Source of the DNA: a virus
Lineage: Duplodnaviria > Caudoviricetes
Virus record (IMG/VR): IMGVR_UViG_3300031539_000005
Span: 1 to 64,000 of that record
Strand: one strand, 5' to 3'
DNA length: 64,000 bases
This document shows, in pieces, positions 55,010 through 64,000 of the stretch (position 1 is the stretch's first letter; each line of letters begins with the position of its first letter). Made by a program: the position numbers and the translations under genes. The notes below the pieces were generated by a model, which was not told the origin of the DNA, did not search any database, and worked only from the letters and a program-made list of their open reading frames with translations.

Positions 55010-56221
55010 ATGAGAATAGTTAAAACTCTTATAGAAATGAAGATTTATGACGATTTAATTCTGAGAAGAGACGAAGAATATGTTATGGCGGGAGCAGTTC
55101 TGAAGCAGTTGTCAAAGATTTATCCAGGAGGAATTATAGAAACTGGGAACTTTGATGACCACTATAGACCTATAAATGTCAAAACTCTTGAAAAGAATAA
55201 ACGCTTATTTATTTTTAGGAGCGGAGGAATTGGAGATGTTATGTTCATGTTGCCTCTTATTCGTTTTTTAAAAAAGCAATTTGGAACACGAATTAAGGCG
55301 GGAACTTCTCCTCAGTATAGAGATGTTTTGCAAAACAATCCCTATATTGATGAAATTATCAGTGTTCCTTTTCTGTTAAGGGAAATGGATACTGATTATC
55401 ATTTAATGTTTGAAGGAATTATTGAAGATCCTAGTGAAAAACCTAAGAAATATCATGCAGTGGATTTATTTTTAGAAGAAGCTGGAGTTAATCCAGAGGA
55501 TATTCCTTGGGATGAAAAAATTCCACCTCTTTTTTTGAGTCAAGAAGAAAAAACGTGGAGTAAAAATAGGCTTTCTAAACTTGATATTCCTTTGGGAGCT
55601 AAAATTGGGATTCAAGTACAAGCAAGTTCACCAGTTCGAACTTTCCCTTTGGATAAAACAGTTGGAATTATTAAATTGTTGATTAATCAGGGAAACAATA
55701 TTTTTCTTTTTGGCGGACCAAGGCAAGCTGAATTTACAAATTATTTAACAAGTCTCCTGGGAGAAGCTAGGAGACTCATTAATTTAGTTCATAAGGATAT
55801 TACTCTCCGTCAATCAATAATTTGGGCGAGCATGATGGATTTGATTATTGCTCCAGATTCAGCTTTTATTCATATAGCTGGAAGTTTGGGCGTTCCACTA
55901 ATTGGACTCTATGGGTGTTTTCCTTCTCTATTGCGTATGAAATATTATAGGAATGCAATTGGCATTGATTGTAATGTAGCTTGTGCTCCTTCTTTTATTC
56001 ATGGACATCTGCCTTGCTATAAAGGAGATCCATCTCCTTGCTTTTCTGTAGTGAAAGTCCAGAATGTTCTTGATGCTGTTGAACATATTCTTGGGATTAA
56101 GAAAATTCCCAATGAGTATCCTGCTTATAATGAATTTAGAGATAGCGTTTTATCTCATTCTCCTTTTATTCAAATTTCTGAAGCGCTTAAGGAAACAGCG
56201 GGTCTTAAGGATGGGAATTAA
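55010..56221 (+). CDS. Glycosyltransferase family 9 (paralog of 38207)
   Basis: RSGGIGDVMF; YHLMFEGIIE; IAPDSAFIHIAGSLGVPLIGLYG; PSPCFS. Confidence 0.85.
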   Translation: MRIVKTLIEMKIYDDLILRRDEEYVMAGAVLKQLSKIYPGGIIETGNFDDHYRPINVKTLEKNKRLFIFRSGGIGDVMFMLPLIRFLKKQFGTRIKAGTSPQYRDVLQNNPYIDEIISVPFLLREMDTDYHLMFEGIIEDPSEKPKKYHAVDLFLEEAGVNPEDIPWDEKIPPLFLSQEEKTWSKNRLSKLDIPLGAKIGIQVQASSPVRTFPLDKTVGIIKLLINQGNNIFLFGGPRQAEFTNYLTSLLGEARRLINLVHKDITLRQSIIWASMMDLIIAPDSAFIHIAGSLGVPLIGLYGCFPSLLRMKYYRNAIGIDCNVACAPSFIHGHLPCYKGDPSPCFSVVKVQNVLDAVEHILGIKKIPNEYPAYNEFRDSVLSHSPFIQISEALKETAGLKDGN

Positions 56222-56600
56222 TCCAAAAGCATCAGTACCGATAGCGCGAGTAACAATTGATAAAGATGTCATTATGGAAATCTTTGAACGCTTTTGCACT
56301 TATGATTTCCACCAGAAAATTCTAATAAATAATTTACGATGGGTAAAGGAAGAGGGATGTTTTGTAGCAGAAATATATGGAAAAGGAGAACGTAGCGGTG
56401 GAGAGAAGACTCTTGTTCCTACTTTTCATTACGGGGGGAGAGATAATCTTCCCACCATTGAACTTCAAAACCGAGATCTTCTGCCTCCTTCGGATGCTTT
56501 TAAACGTAGTAGAAAACTCATAAAAGAAGTTGAAAAAATTCATAAAAGAGTAAAGAGAACAGCAAAGGAATTTTGGTCTCCTAAAAAGAGAGAAATTTAA
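56211..56600 (+). CDS. Hypothetical protein
   Basis: ATG 56211 after AAGG; abuts the primase start. Confidence 0.55.
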   Translation: MGINPKASVPIARVTIDKDVIMEIFERFCTYDFHQKILINNLRWVKEEGCFVAEIYGKGERSGGEKTLVPTFHYGGRDNLPTIELQNRDLLPPSDAFKRSRKLIKEVEKIHKRVKRTAKEFWSPKKREI

Positions 56601-57598
56601 TGTTCAGCATTACTTCTTTACTAGATAAAAAGAAAATAGAATATAAAAGAATAGGAGAAGAACTCTTTTTTGATTGTCCTATTTGTGGCCGAGAAAAACA
56701 TTTCTATTATAATGTGAAAAAGGATTTATGCCTTTGTCAGCGTTGTAAGTGGGAAGGGAATCGTGTTGGTTTTCTAATTAGTGGACTTGGCTATTCTAGA
56801 AAAGAGGCTATGGCCCTTATTAAATCTGAAGAAAGTTTGAATTTCGCAGATTTACATTCTCGAATTACCTCGATGTTAACCTCGAAAACGAAAGTGGATT
56901 TCTTTATTGAACCAATTTATTTCAAAATTCCTTTGCCTGATCGTATATTATCGGTTACGAAAAAAAATTTTCCAAAAGCAGTGGCTGAACGTGGAATCAA
57001 TTGGAAGCTTGCGAACGCTTTACATTTATATACTTCTGTTGCGAGTCATGGGAGATTTTTTAATAGAATAATTGTTCCTGTTGAGACTCTCAAAAGTAAA
57101 TGTTTTGTAGGGATAACCGCATTCACTAGAGAAAAAGCTAAAAAAGTAAAGGAAGCTCAAAGAAAAAGAGGCCTTGAATTTAGGAAGTCTTTGTTTCCAA
57201 AAGGCTCAATTATGTCTGAAATGCTTTACCTTTATAATAGGGTGGCCCACCGTAAAAATAGATTGTTTGTCGTAGAAGGAGTCTGGGATGTCTGTAGCTT
57301 ACTTCGCTTGAGAGAATTTGCAACTTGCACTTTTGGAGATAAGGTCAGTAAGTCACAGGCTTTATTACTTGCGAATACTGAGGCAGAGAGCATTTATTTA
57401 ATGCTTGATGGGGATGTGCCTTTAAAGAGACTAAGAAAGTATTATGAATTATTAAGGCTTATTTGTTTTGATAAAAAAGTATACATGTGTAGACTTCCAG
57501 AAGAAAAAGATCCAGATGATTTGGCAGAGGATGAGTTAAGAGAAGTAATTAACGCAGCAGAGAAAAGAGGTTATTCATTATGGACGGTAGGGAAATAA
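56600..57598 (+). CDS. DNA primase (zinc finger + TOPRIM)
   Basis: CPIC...CQRC; RIIVP; VVEGVWD; MLDGD; KDPDD. Confidence 0.88.
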   Translation: MFSITSLLDKKKIEYKRIGEELFFDCPICGREKHFYYNVKKDLCLCQRCKWEGNRVGFLISGLGYSRKEAMALIKSEESLNFADLHSRITSMLTSKTKVDFFIEPIYFKIPLPDRILSVTKKNFPKAVAERGINWKLANALHLYTSVASHGRFFNRIIVPVETLKSKCFVGITAFTREKAKKVKEAQRKRGLEFRKSLFPKGSIMSEMLYLYNRVAHRKNRLFVVEGVWDVCSLLRLREFATCTFGDKVSKSQALLLANTEAESIYLMLDGDVPLKRLRKYYELLRLICFDKKVYMCRLPEEKDPDDLAEDELREVINAAEKRGYSLWTVGK

Positions 57599-58488
57599 AG
57601 AAGCAATTTAGTAGAATATTACGCTATCCTAAACTGGAAACGGATAGGCATGAAGAAGTTAAGGTTACTGGGAATAATCTTTTATATTCTCTGACAAAAC
57701 ATGATGAAAATATAAATGAATCTGGAATAGAGAATCTTGGAACGGATTGGATGCTGTTAAATATGGGTCAAGGGAATTTTAAGTTTTCAAGAAGATGGGC
57801 ATGGATTTTTAGGCATTACATTTGGGCTTCTAGAGTTCCTTCTTTCGAACAGAGAAGGGCAAGGCTTGTTGATATCGGGTGTGATGTCGGCGAAATACGA
57901 AAGCTAATAAGTAAATCCTTTTATACGAAAAATCCTCTCTATGTAGGTATTGATCTTGATCATAGGAGATTGGAACAAGGTGCTGAAAGAATACAAATGA
58001 AGATTCCCGCAGTTTATATTCAGGAAGATGTTACTCTTGGACTTCATTTCATTCAATCACATTCTATTGATCTTATTTTTTGCGGAGAGATAATAGAACA
58101 TTTTTCAAAGAAGTTTGGGATTCGGATGCTTAAGGAAATGTATAGGATATTGAAGCCAGGAGCATCTTTTTTGTTATCTACTCCTAATAGAGATAATACA
58201 AAGGGATTCAAATTTCATGTTTATGAATATTCAATTCCCGAACTAAAACAATTGATTTCAAAATGTGGATTTGAAATAACAAATGTTTGGGGGTGGACTA
58301 CTACAGAAAGACGTATTTTACAAGGTACATCTAGGGCAGTTTCTAAAATATACAGTCTATTAAAAGAAAGTGTGCATAAGGATATAGTGGTCCCGCTCAT
58401 GGCATTTATTGATCCATCTATTTCGGAAGCATTTTGTATTGAAGCTAAGAAGCCGGAGTTGCCAAATAAAAAAAGTGTGGATGGATGA
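57580..58488 (+). CDS. Class I SAM-dependent methyltransferase
   Basis: LVDIGCDVG; GIDLD; EIIEHF; RILKPG..LLSTPN; FHVYEY. Confidence 0.85.
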   Translation: MDGREIKKQFSRILRYPKLETDRHEEVKVTGNNLLYSLTKHDENINESGIENLGTDWMLLNMGQGNFKFSRRWAWIFRHYIWASRVPSFEQRRARLVDIGCDVGEIRKLISKSFYTKNPLYVGIDLDHRRLEQGAERIQMKIPAVYIQEDVTLGLHFIQSHSIDLIFCGEIIEHFSKKFGIRMLKEMYRILKPGASFLLSTPNRDNTKGFKFHVYEYSIPELKQLISKCGFEITNVWGWTTTERRILQGTSRAVSKIYSLLKESVHKDIVVPLMAFIDPSISEAFCIEAKKPELPNKKSVDG

Positions 58489-58638
58489 ACTTCTTTTTAA
58501 AGAAGGTCGTATATACAATTAATGGTCAATGGTGAATAAAAAAATTAAAGAAGAGGAGGGCAATGTGCAGTATAGGTGAGGGATAGTGAAGTTTAAGGGA
58601 TTTTAATTCTAAATTTGAATTCAATCAGGAGGAAAGGT

Positions 58639-59592
58639 ATGGTTAAGAAGAAAGATGAAGAAGAAGATTTTGAACTTGATGAAGATCTTGAGTTAGAAGA
58701 AGGTCTTGACGAGTTGGAAGATTCAGAGGATTTTGAAGAAAGCGTCGAAGAAGGAGAAGAGGGCGCGGAAGAGGAAGGTACAGAAGAAGAAACTACGGAA
58801 GAAGAAGGTACGGAAGAAGAAGGTACCGAGGAAGAAGGTACCGAGGAAGAAGGTGAAGAAGAGGAAGGCGAAGAAGAAGCCGGAGAAGAGGAAGGCGCAG
58901 AGGAAGAAGGTGTAGAAGAAGGGGAAGAAGAACTTCCCGGAGAAGAAGCTCGTTTTCCTGGAGAAAAGATAGCTCCGCAGAAATCAAAGAGGGCAGGAGG
59001 AGGAGCAAAGGTTAGCCGTTTGATAATCGGGGAAAAGCAAACCGTTGTTCCTTTGGCTTTCAAGCCTCTCGTTAGAGGTCTTGAAAAGTTTGGAAAAGTT
59101 GTCCATAAGTCTTCAATCACCGCTGTTCTTCTGGAGTCGAAAGATGGTGCCAATTTCGTCAGTATTGTTCCTCAATTATCAACTGCCGAAACAACAAACC
59201 TCTGGCTTAATCAGTCCGTAAAGGGAGATGCCGTCTTCGCACCTTCCAAAAAGTCTTTACAGAAAATGTGTACTTTTTGGGAGAAGCCCAGACGAGCGGT
59301 AAGGGTCATTGTTACCAAGGACACTATAGAAGAAGCTCTGGCTATCGTAGCCGAATATGCGACATGGTTTAAAGCCAACGCAATGAGTACTGCTAAGAAA
59401 AAAGAAGAGACGAAACCTGAAACAGGAAAAAAGGGACCGGTGGTAAGTAAACCTGCACCGGCTGGAGCTGGCGGCAAAGTGATTACCAAGAAAAAAGCTC
59501 CACCTCCGCCTCCAGTGGCAGCAAAGAAGACGGTTGCATCCAAACCTGGAACCGCTGGTAAGGTGTTAGTCAAGAAGAAACTTACCAAGTAG
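58639..59592 (+). CDS. Hypothetical protein: ~95-aa Glu-rich N-terminus with EEEGT repeats, globular core, K/A/P-rich basic tail
   Basis: SD AGGAGG...AGGT before ATG 58639; 15-bp tandem repeats at ~58770-58860; followed by a terminator. Confidence 0.8.
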   Translation: MVKKKDEEEDFELDEDLELEEGLDELEDSEDFEESVEEGEEGAEEEGTEEETTEEEGTEEEGTEEEGTEEEGEEEEGEEEAGEEEGAEEEGVEEGEEELPGEEARFPGEKIAPQKSKRAGGGAKVSRLIIGEKQTVVPLAFKPLVRGLEKFGKVVHKSSITAVLLESKDGANFVSIVPQLSTAETTNLWLNQSVKGDAVFAPSKKSLQKMCTFWEKPRRAVRVIVTKDTIEEALAIVAEYATWFKANAMSTAKKKEETKPETGKKGPVVSKPAPAGAGGKVITKKKAPPPPPVAAKKTVASKPGTAGKVLVKKKLTK

Positions 59593-59616
59593 GTTAGGAA
59601 TTGCATTTTTGGTCGG

Positions 59617-59644
59617 AAAGGGGCAGCTTGTCTGCCCCTTTTTA
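59617..59644 (+). terminator. Rho-independent terminator
   Basis: AAAGGGGCAG / CTGCCCCTTT stem followed by TTT. Confidence 0.8.
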
Positions 59645-59658
59645 TTGGAGAGAGGCCC

Positions 59659-61002
59659 ATGAGAGAAGTTTTTCTAGATAAGGATAGCGCCAGAGATTTT
59701 CTTACGAGAAAGAAAGTTCAAGATTATAAGTTTATGGATAGATATAATCTTGAATTATTGGTTAATTCAAAACTTTCATCAGGTAAAATACACGCTAATG
59801 TTTTACCAGATCTTCTTAATCATTGTTTGGGAACCAGAGTAGCTTATGGATTCAACTATTGTCTTTCACATCCTATCACCAATAGAAATGTTACTGAAAA
59901 CCTTTTAGAAATTCCTGTTCTGAAAGAGTTTCTAGCTAGAGGATGTAAGATTTCTTTTATTGGGAAATCTAGTAAGAAGTTTGAAGGTTTTCATCCTGAT
60001 ATGAAAGACTATAGTGGAGAATGGAAAAAACTTCCTACTCCATATAAGCCTATTGCTGATTGGATAGAAGACTGTTTGGAAAACTATGAGACTCGCTATG
60101 GAATGGAATTTCCTAAAGCAGACGTGGTAGTAACGAATGCTTTTCCTTCCTTTTTCTTTTCAAACATGATGTTTTATTTGATCAATTTGCATTATGCAAA
60201 AACTCATACCCCTGTTTTCTTGTGGGATTATGAATTGAGGACTCTTAGAACAAGTGAAAAAGATAATCTTCCCAAGAAATATTTCAGATATTCTGGAGCA
60301 GATAAAATCTTTTCAGTTGATCAATTCAAAACTATTGCTGATAATGCTTATTGGCTATTACAAATTCCTGGTGAAGCTCTAGATAGAATCAAGAGTCTTA
60401 ATCCTAGAATAAGAATTTTGCCATTTTTCCCACCTTATAGCTTTCAATTTGGTCAGTATAATATATGCCCAAAGACTATATATCGTCTTGCATACATCGG
60501 TAACGATTCAGAAAGAAGACAAACTTTTAGAAAGTTCTTTACTCCATTGGAGAAGAAGAATAGATTAGATCTTTTTGGAGGAGGGATGTCTAGAAGGGCA
60601 GAAGGCTACGAAAATTTTGAAAAGTATATAGGTAATACAGAGATGCATGGCCCTATTCCGCAAGGGGATGTATGGAAGACATATAATCAAGCAAGAACTT
60701 GTTTATCTATTGCAAGGCCCAGATATTATGAAATGGGATGGATTGTTCATCGCTGGTTTGAAGTGATTCTCAGTGGTTGCATTTTGTTAGTCCCAGGAGA
60801 GATGCATGGAATCAGGCGGTATATGAGTAAATATTTTATTGTCAATGATGCGAAAGAGCTAGATGAAAAAATTCAGTTCTTTAATGATAAACTCACACAT
60901 TCAAAGCTATTGCAATTCCATCAATGGCAAAAGAGATTTATCTATCGACTCTTCAATTCAGAACGCTGTGTTGATGTTATCCTGAGGGTAATAGGAAAAT
61001 GA
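59659..61002 (+). CDS. GT-B glycosyltransferase resembling T4 DNA beta-glucosyltransferase / CgeB-type
   Basis: LAYIGN...R; LDLFG; GPIP..DV...YNQA..CLSI....Y......HRWFEVILSGCILLV....F.VNDAKELDEKI resembles the recalled BGT C-domain. Confidence 0.6.
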   Translation: MREVFLDKDSARDFLTRKKVQDYKFMDRYNLELLVNSKLSSGKIHANVLPDLLNHCLGTRVAYGFNYCLSHPITNRNVTENLLEIPVLKEFLARGCKISFIGKSSKKFEGFHPDMKDYSGEWKKLPTPYKPIADWIEDCLENYETRYGMEFPKADVVVTNAFPSFFFSNMMFYLINLHYAKTHTPVFLWDYELRTLRTSEKDNLPKKYFRYSGADKIFSVDQFKTIADNAYWLLQIPGEALDRIKSLNPRIRILPFFPPYSFQFGQYNICPKTIYRLAYIGNDSERRQTFRKFFTPLEKKNRLDLFGGGMSRRAEGYENFEKYIGNTEMHGPIPQGDVWKTYNQARTCLSIARPRYYEMGWIVHRWFEVILSGCILLVPGEMHGIRRYMSKYFIVNDAKELDEKIQFFNDKLTHSKLLQFHQWQKRFIYRLFNSERCVDVILRVIGK

Positions 61003-61625
61003 AAAAATTAGCTTATACAGAAACTAAAAACTTTCCTCCTTTTTTGGATCAAATTGTGCTTATGGATCCTAAGGATTTGGTGATTGATGCTTATGCCAGA
61101 ATTCTGTGTACTAATTGCGGATTATATAATCGCGGAATTCTTTGCCCTCCTTTGCTTCCTCTCACTTATCCACAATTTAAAACCATAGATTCTTCAAGGG
61201 AATATTTTGATTCTTTTGATGAAGCCTACCTTTATGTGTTTAAAAATGATGGAAGAAGGAGATGGTGGTATCAAAAAGAGTGGGGAGACTTTGCTCACAT
61301 TAAACTTCAGGTTAGATTAGGAAGGCAGTTGAAGGGAGTAGAGGCGAGTAGTGCTCGGAAGCTAACGCATTTAATGAAGAAAGCTGAATTAGTGAATAAA
61401 AAGAGAGGCTTTACTGTTGCCACTTTTATTCAAGGCCACTGTGACAAGTGTGGCAAATGTCCTAATAGAAGCAATCCTCCTTGCAAAAAAGGAGGCCTTC
61501 CTAGTCTTGAAGCTACAGGCATCAATGTATATTCTCTTCTTAAAAAGTTAGGTATTCCTTATGAGTATCCGGTTCGTAATTATCTTACGCAAGTAGCATT
61601 AATGGTGAAAAAAAATGATTCTTGA
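60999..61625 (+). CDS. DUF2284-like Cys-rich metal-binding protein
   Basis: R..CTNCGLYNRGILCPP; GHCDKCGKC; PSLEATGINVY. Confidence 0.75.
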   Translation: MKKLAYTETKNFPPFLDQIVLMDPKDLVIDAYARILCTNCGLYNRGILCPPLLPLTYPQFKTIDSSREYFDSFDEAYLYVFKNDGRRRWWYQKEWGDFAHIKLQVRLGRQLKGVEASSARKLTHLMKKAELVNKKRGFTVATFIQGHCDKCGKCPNRSNPPCKKGGLPSLEATGINVYSLLKKLGIPYEYPVRNYLTQVALMVKKNDS

Positions 61626-62187
61626 TTTAGTAGACCATATAGAAATTAAAGAATGGATTCCTGAATTAAAAAAGCCTCATCCATGCTATCTGTATGATTT
61701 TAAGGCAATGGGGATTACTCCGTATCAACTCGGAGAGATCTTGTGGGGAAAGGAAGCGCTTCTTTTTGAGCGTCCCTTTAGAGAAAAAATAGGAGGGGTG
61801 AAATGTCCCTGGTGTGACTACGATTCTCGAAAAATGATAAGAGGAATAAGAAGAGAATACTGGCGTGGATATAGACTCCAAGATCACATCCAACAGCATA
61901 AGAAAAACATTCTTCATTATCAGATTTTGAAATTTCAGGGAGATTTATATTCCTTAAGATTAGGATTAGTGAGGCAAGGATGGCATGAATGTATGATGTT
62001 CATGGTGCAGTATACTTGCCAACTTTGTCTTAACCCCAGAACAGAAGGTAGAATAGGAATGTGTGCTATTCCTTCTTCGACCAGGAATCGTCCTCGGTGT
62101 CTAAAAGTTCTTGGCTATCCCATTGAACATATAAAGAAAATGAGAAAACATGACTGGTCTGTCCTTGGAATAATTGTGTTGATGTAA
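61615..62187 (+). CDS. Cys-rich protein, possibly a divergent DUF2284 paralog
   Basis: KCPWC; TCQLC...C.IP...RPRCLKVLGYPI. Confidence 0.5.
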   Translation: MILDLVDHIEIKEWIPELKKPHPCYLYDFKAMGITPYQLGEILWGKEALLFERPFREKIGGVKCPWCDYDSRKMIRGIRREYWRGYRLQDHIQQHKKNILHYQILKFQGDLYSLRLGLVRQGWHECMMFMVQYTCQLCLNPRTEGRIGMCAIPSSTRNRPRCLKVLGYPIEHIKKMRKHDWSVLGIIVLM

Positions 62188-62265
62188 ACCTTGCCTACAG
62201 AATTTCGTATATGGGTTAGTAAAATGGTTTATTGTTTTTTTTTATCTCTAAAAGAGGATGACACA

Positions 62266-62508
62266 ATGAAGGATGAAAAGCTCACAGACTCTGAAATTCA
62301 TGTAAGCGACAATTACAAAGATATTCTGAAATCGGTAGGGTGTGCTTTTATCTCTGGTTCACTTCTTACCAGAGGCTACGATTATTTTTTACATCCTGGT
62401 ACAACGGTTCCGATAATGCTTTACTTTGGATCATCTTTGTTTATCTTTTTCTTAGCTATTATTTTTGGAGCAAAGCACTTATTTCCCAGTGAGGCGAATC
62501 ATGAGTAA
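62266..62508 (+). CDS. Small membrane protein (two hydrophobic segments)
   Basis: ATG 62266 after GAGG; VGCAFISGSLL and IMLYFGSSLFIFFLAIIFG. Confidence 0.55.
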   Translation: MKDEKLTDSEIHVSDNYKDILKSVGCAFISGSLLTRGYDYFLHPGTTVPIMLYFGSSLFIFFLAIIFGAKHLFPSEANHE

Positions 62509-62734
62509 CGCAAAGGATCCTATTAATAATGATCCAATGGCCTCTATTTCAGAAATAATTAGTCTGGATTATATATCAATTCGCATTAGAATTTCAGATT
62601 TTTCTCGTTTTGCCAATATGGTCATGGGATTGAAAGACGGAGGGACTTTCTTTCTTGAAAGACGGAAAGAATATCGTGTAGTTAAGGTCATCTTTGAACA
62701 CAATCTGGATGAAAGTAAAATAATCATTGCATAA
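62501..62734 (+). CDS. Hypothetical protein
   Basis: ATG 62501 after GAGG; overlaps the previous stop. Confidence 0.5.
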   Translation: MSNAKDPINNDPMASISEIISLDYISIRIRISDFSRFANMVMGLKDGGTFFLERRKEYRVVKVIFEHNLDESKIIIA

Positions 62735-62757
62735 TGCATGAATAATGGAGGTAGGTA

Positions 62758-63984
62758 ATGGATGCTGATCTTACCAACTACGGGATAATAGAAGCTGATG
62801 GCGTGAATGATTGTTATTTACAAACAGTCAAGAGTCTTGTTCAATTTGGAGACATAGTTGTTTCAAGAGGAATGGAAACGAAAGAAGTCAGACCTGTAGT
62901 TCTTATTCTTTCAGATCCTAGAAAAAGATTTTTAACTTGTCCTGGCCGATGGATTAATCCTTATTTTCAGGTAATGGAAGCTATTTGGATTCTTTCAGGT
63001 GGGTCGTCGGTAGAGTGGATTTCTTATTATCTGAAAGATATAGAAAAGTATTCAGATGGAGAAAAAGAATTTCATGCTCCGTATGGAAAGCGAATTCGTG
63101 ATTTTGGGGCTTACCGGGATGCGGTTTATACTCTTCGATCCGTAGTTGGTTATCCCCCCGATCAGTTAAAGAATTGTTTTGACTATCTTGATATTGATCC
63201 TGATACTCGCCATGCGCTTGTTACACTTTGGAACCCTGCTTTTGACAATATTGGGATGGCTACTATTGATAGACCATGTAATTTTGCTCTTCATTTTTTG
63301 ATTCGCGAATCTGCTCTTCAGCTTACTGTCTATAACAGATCAAACGATATCCACTTGGGATTGTTTAATGCGAATGTAGTACAATTCAGTGTTATACTTG
63401 AAGCGCTCACTATGTGTCTCGGAAGACCTTTAGGTAAGCAGATTCATTTAATTAATTCTCTCCATTTTTATACAGATAGCCCAATAACATCGCGAATTTT
63501 AGCCGAGGATCTTGAAAAAAGGCCCTTCAGTGTATATGATTACGTTGCTCCTAAGCCTTTTTGGCTAAATTTCAGAAGATATAAAGATCTTGGTATGAAT
63601 TATTCAAATTATCAAATTTTAGACATAGAGCTTAAGAAATTTATGGCTCTTGAACAGGCGATAAGAAATGGTGACTCAGAAGAGATTGTGGAAAACTACA
63701 CAAGGGAGACTCTGTTCTTTAATTTTCTAATTGATGCAATTTTCTTGGCTCTATCCTATAGAGCTCTTAAGAAAGGGGATTTATCCTTGGCGTTCATGTG
63801 TTTAGATAAGGTTGTGGCAGCCGATATTTTTATTTCTTGTCTTGAATATTTGGTCAGGAAAGGAACGAAGGAGAATTTAATTTCTCCTGAAGTAATTATT
63901 GCAAAAGCTATGATTCATGATCATTTTTCTTTTCTTGGTCCTGAAAAAATAGCTAAAATAGATGAATATATTTTCCATCATTAA
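62758..63984 (+). CDS. Thymidylate synthase homolog, dUMP hydroxymethylase type
   Basis: SRG.ETKE; NPYFQVMEAIWILSG; HAPYGKRI; DPDTRHA; RPCN catalytic Cys; NRSNDIHLGLFNANVVQFS; SLHFY; SD GGAGGT. Confidence 0.8.
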   Translation: MDADLTNYGIIEADGVNDCYLQTVKSLVQFGDIVVSRGMETKEVRPVVLILSDPRKRFLTCPGRWINPYFQVMEAIWILSGGSSVEWISYYLKDIEKYSDGEKEFHAPYGKRIRDFGAYRDAVYTLRSVVGYPPDQLKNCFDYLDIDPDTRHALVTLWNPAFDNIGMATIDRPCNFALHFLIRESALQLTVYNRSNDIHLGLFNANVVQFSVILEALTMCLGRPLGKQIHLINSLHFYTDSPITSRILAEDLEKRPFSVYDYVAPKPFWLNFRRYKDLGMNYSNYQILDIELKKFMALEQAIRNGDSEEIVENYTRETLFFNFLIDAIFLALSYRALKKGDLSLAFMCLDKVVAADIFISCLEYLVRKGTKENLISPEVIIAKAMIHDHFSFLGPEKIAKIDEYIFHH

Positions 63985-64000
63985 AAAGATATGTCTACCA

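Noticed and set aside
58593-59660. Minus-strand Ser/Pro-rich ORFs (58593..59153, 59211..59660) and the other short minus-strand ORFs in the track
   Set aside because: Antisense shadows of + strand genes (GAA repeats read as TTC/TCT); no SD or motifs, and the window is uniformly + strand.
62266-62508. Holin call for the two-TM protein
   Set aside because: No adjacent endolysin or spanin, and it lies in a DNA-metabolism region.
1-64000. Genome-wide stop-codon reassignment (TGA or TAG)
   Set aside because: Standard-code ORFs are long and tightly packed, and TGA/TAG/TAA all end genes, including many ATGA overlaps.

Overview
This is a 64-kb, low-GC segment of a tailed dsDNA phage (Caudoviricetes; siphovirus-like, with a tail tube and a 2057-aa tape measure but no sheath). 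Essentially every gene is on the + strand. Gene order: a Ser-rich virion-like protein (5'-truncated); an intein-containing multidomain glycosyltransferase, a GT and a radical SAM enzyme; a head module (protease/scaffold, cement, major capsid); neck and tail genes; tail-tip genes with a second poly-Ser protein; a large glycan-synthesis region (about a dozen glycosyltransferase domains, six methyltransferase domains, cytidylyltransferase, TagF-like transferase); an AT-rich structured non-coding gap; a replication module (SF2 helicase, DnaC-like, DnaB-like, primase); and a probable DNA-hypermodification cluster (T4 BGT-like glycosyltransferase, two DUF2284-like Cys-rich proteins, dUMP-hydroxymethylase-type thymidylate synthase homolog). 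Top observations: (1) an uncalled 40-codon zinc-ribbon gene with an in-frame TGA followed by a bacterial-SECIS-like hairpin, a candidate phage selenoprotein; (2) poly-Ser virion proteins alongside a large glycosylation/methylation toolkit, a candidate virion glycan coat; (3) a candidate glycosyl-5-hydroxymethyluracil (base-J-like) DNA modification pathway. All family assignments come from motif recognition by eye, not database searches. No terminase, portal, integrase, tRNA or CRISPR array was seen.
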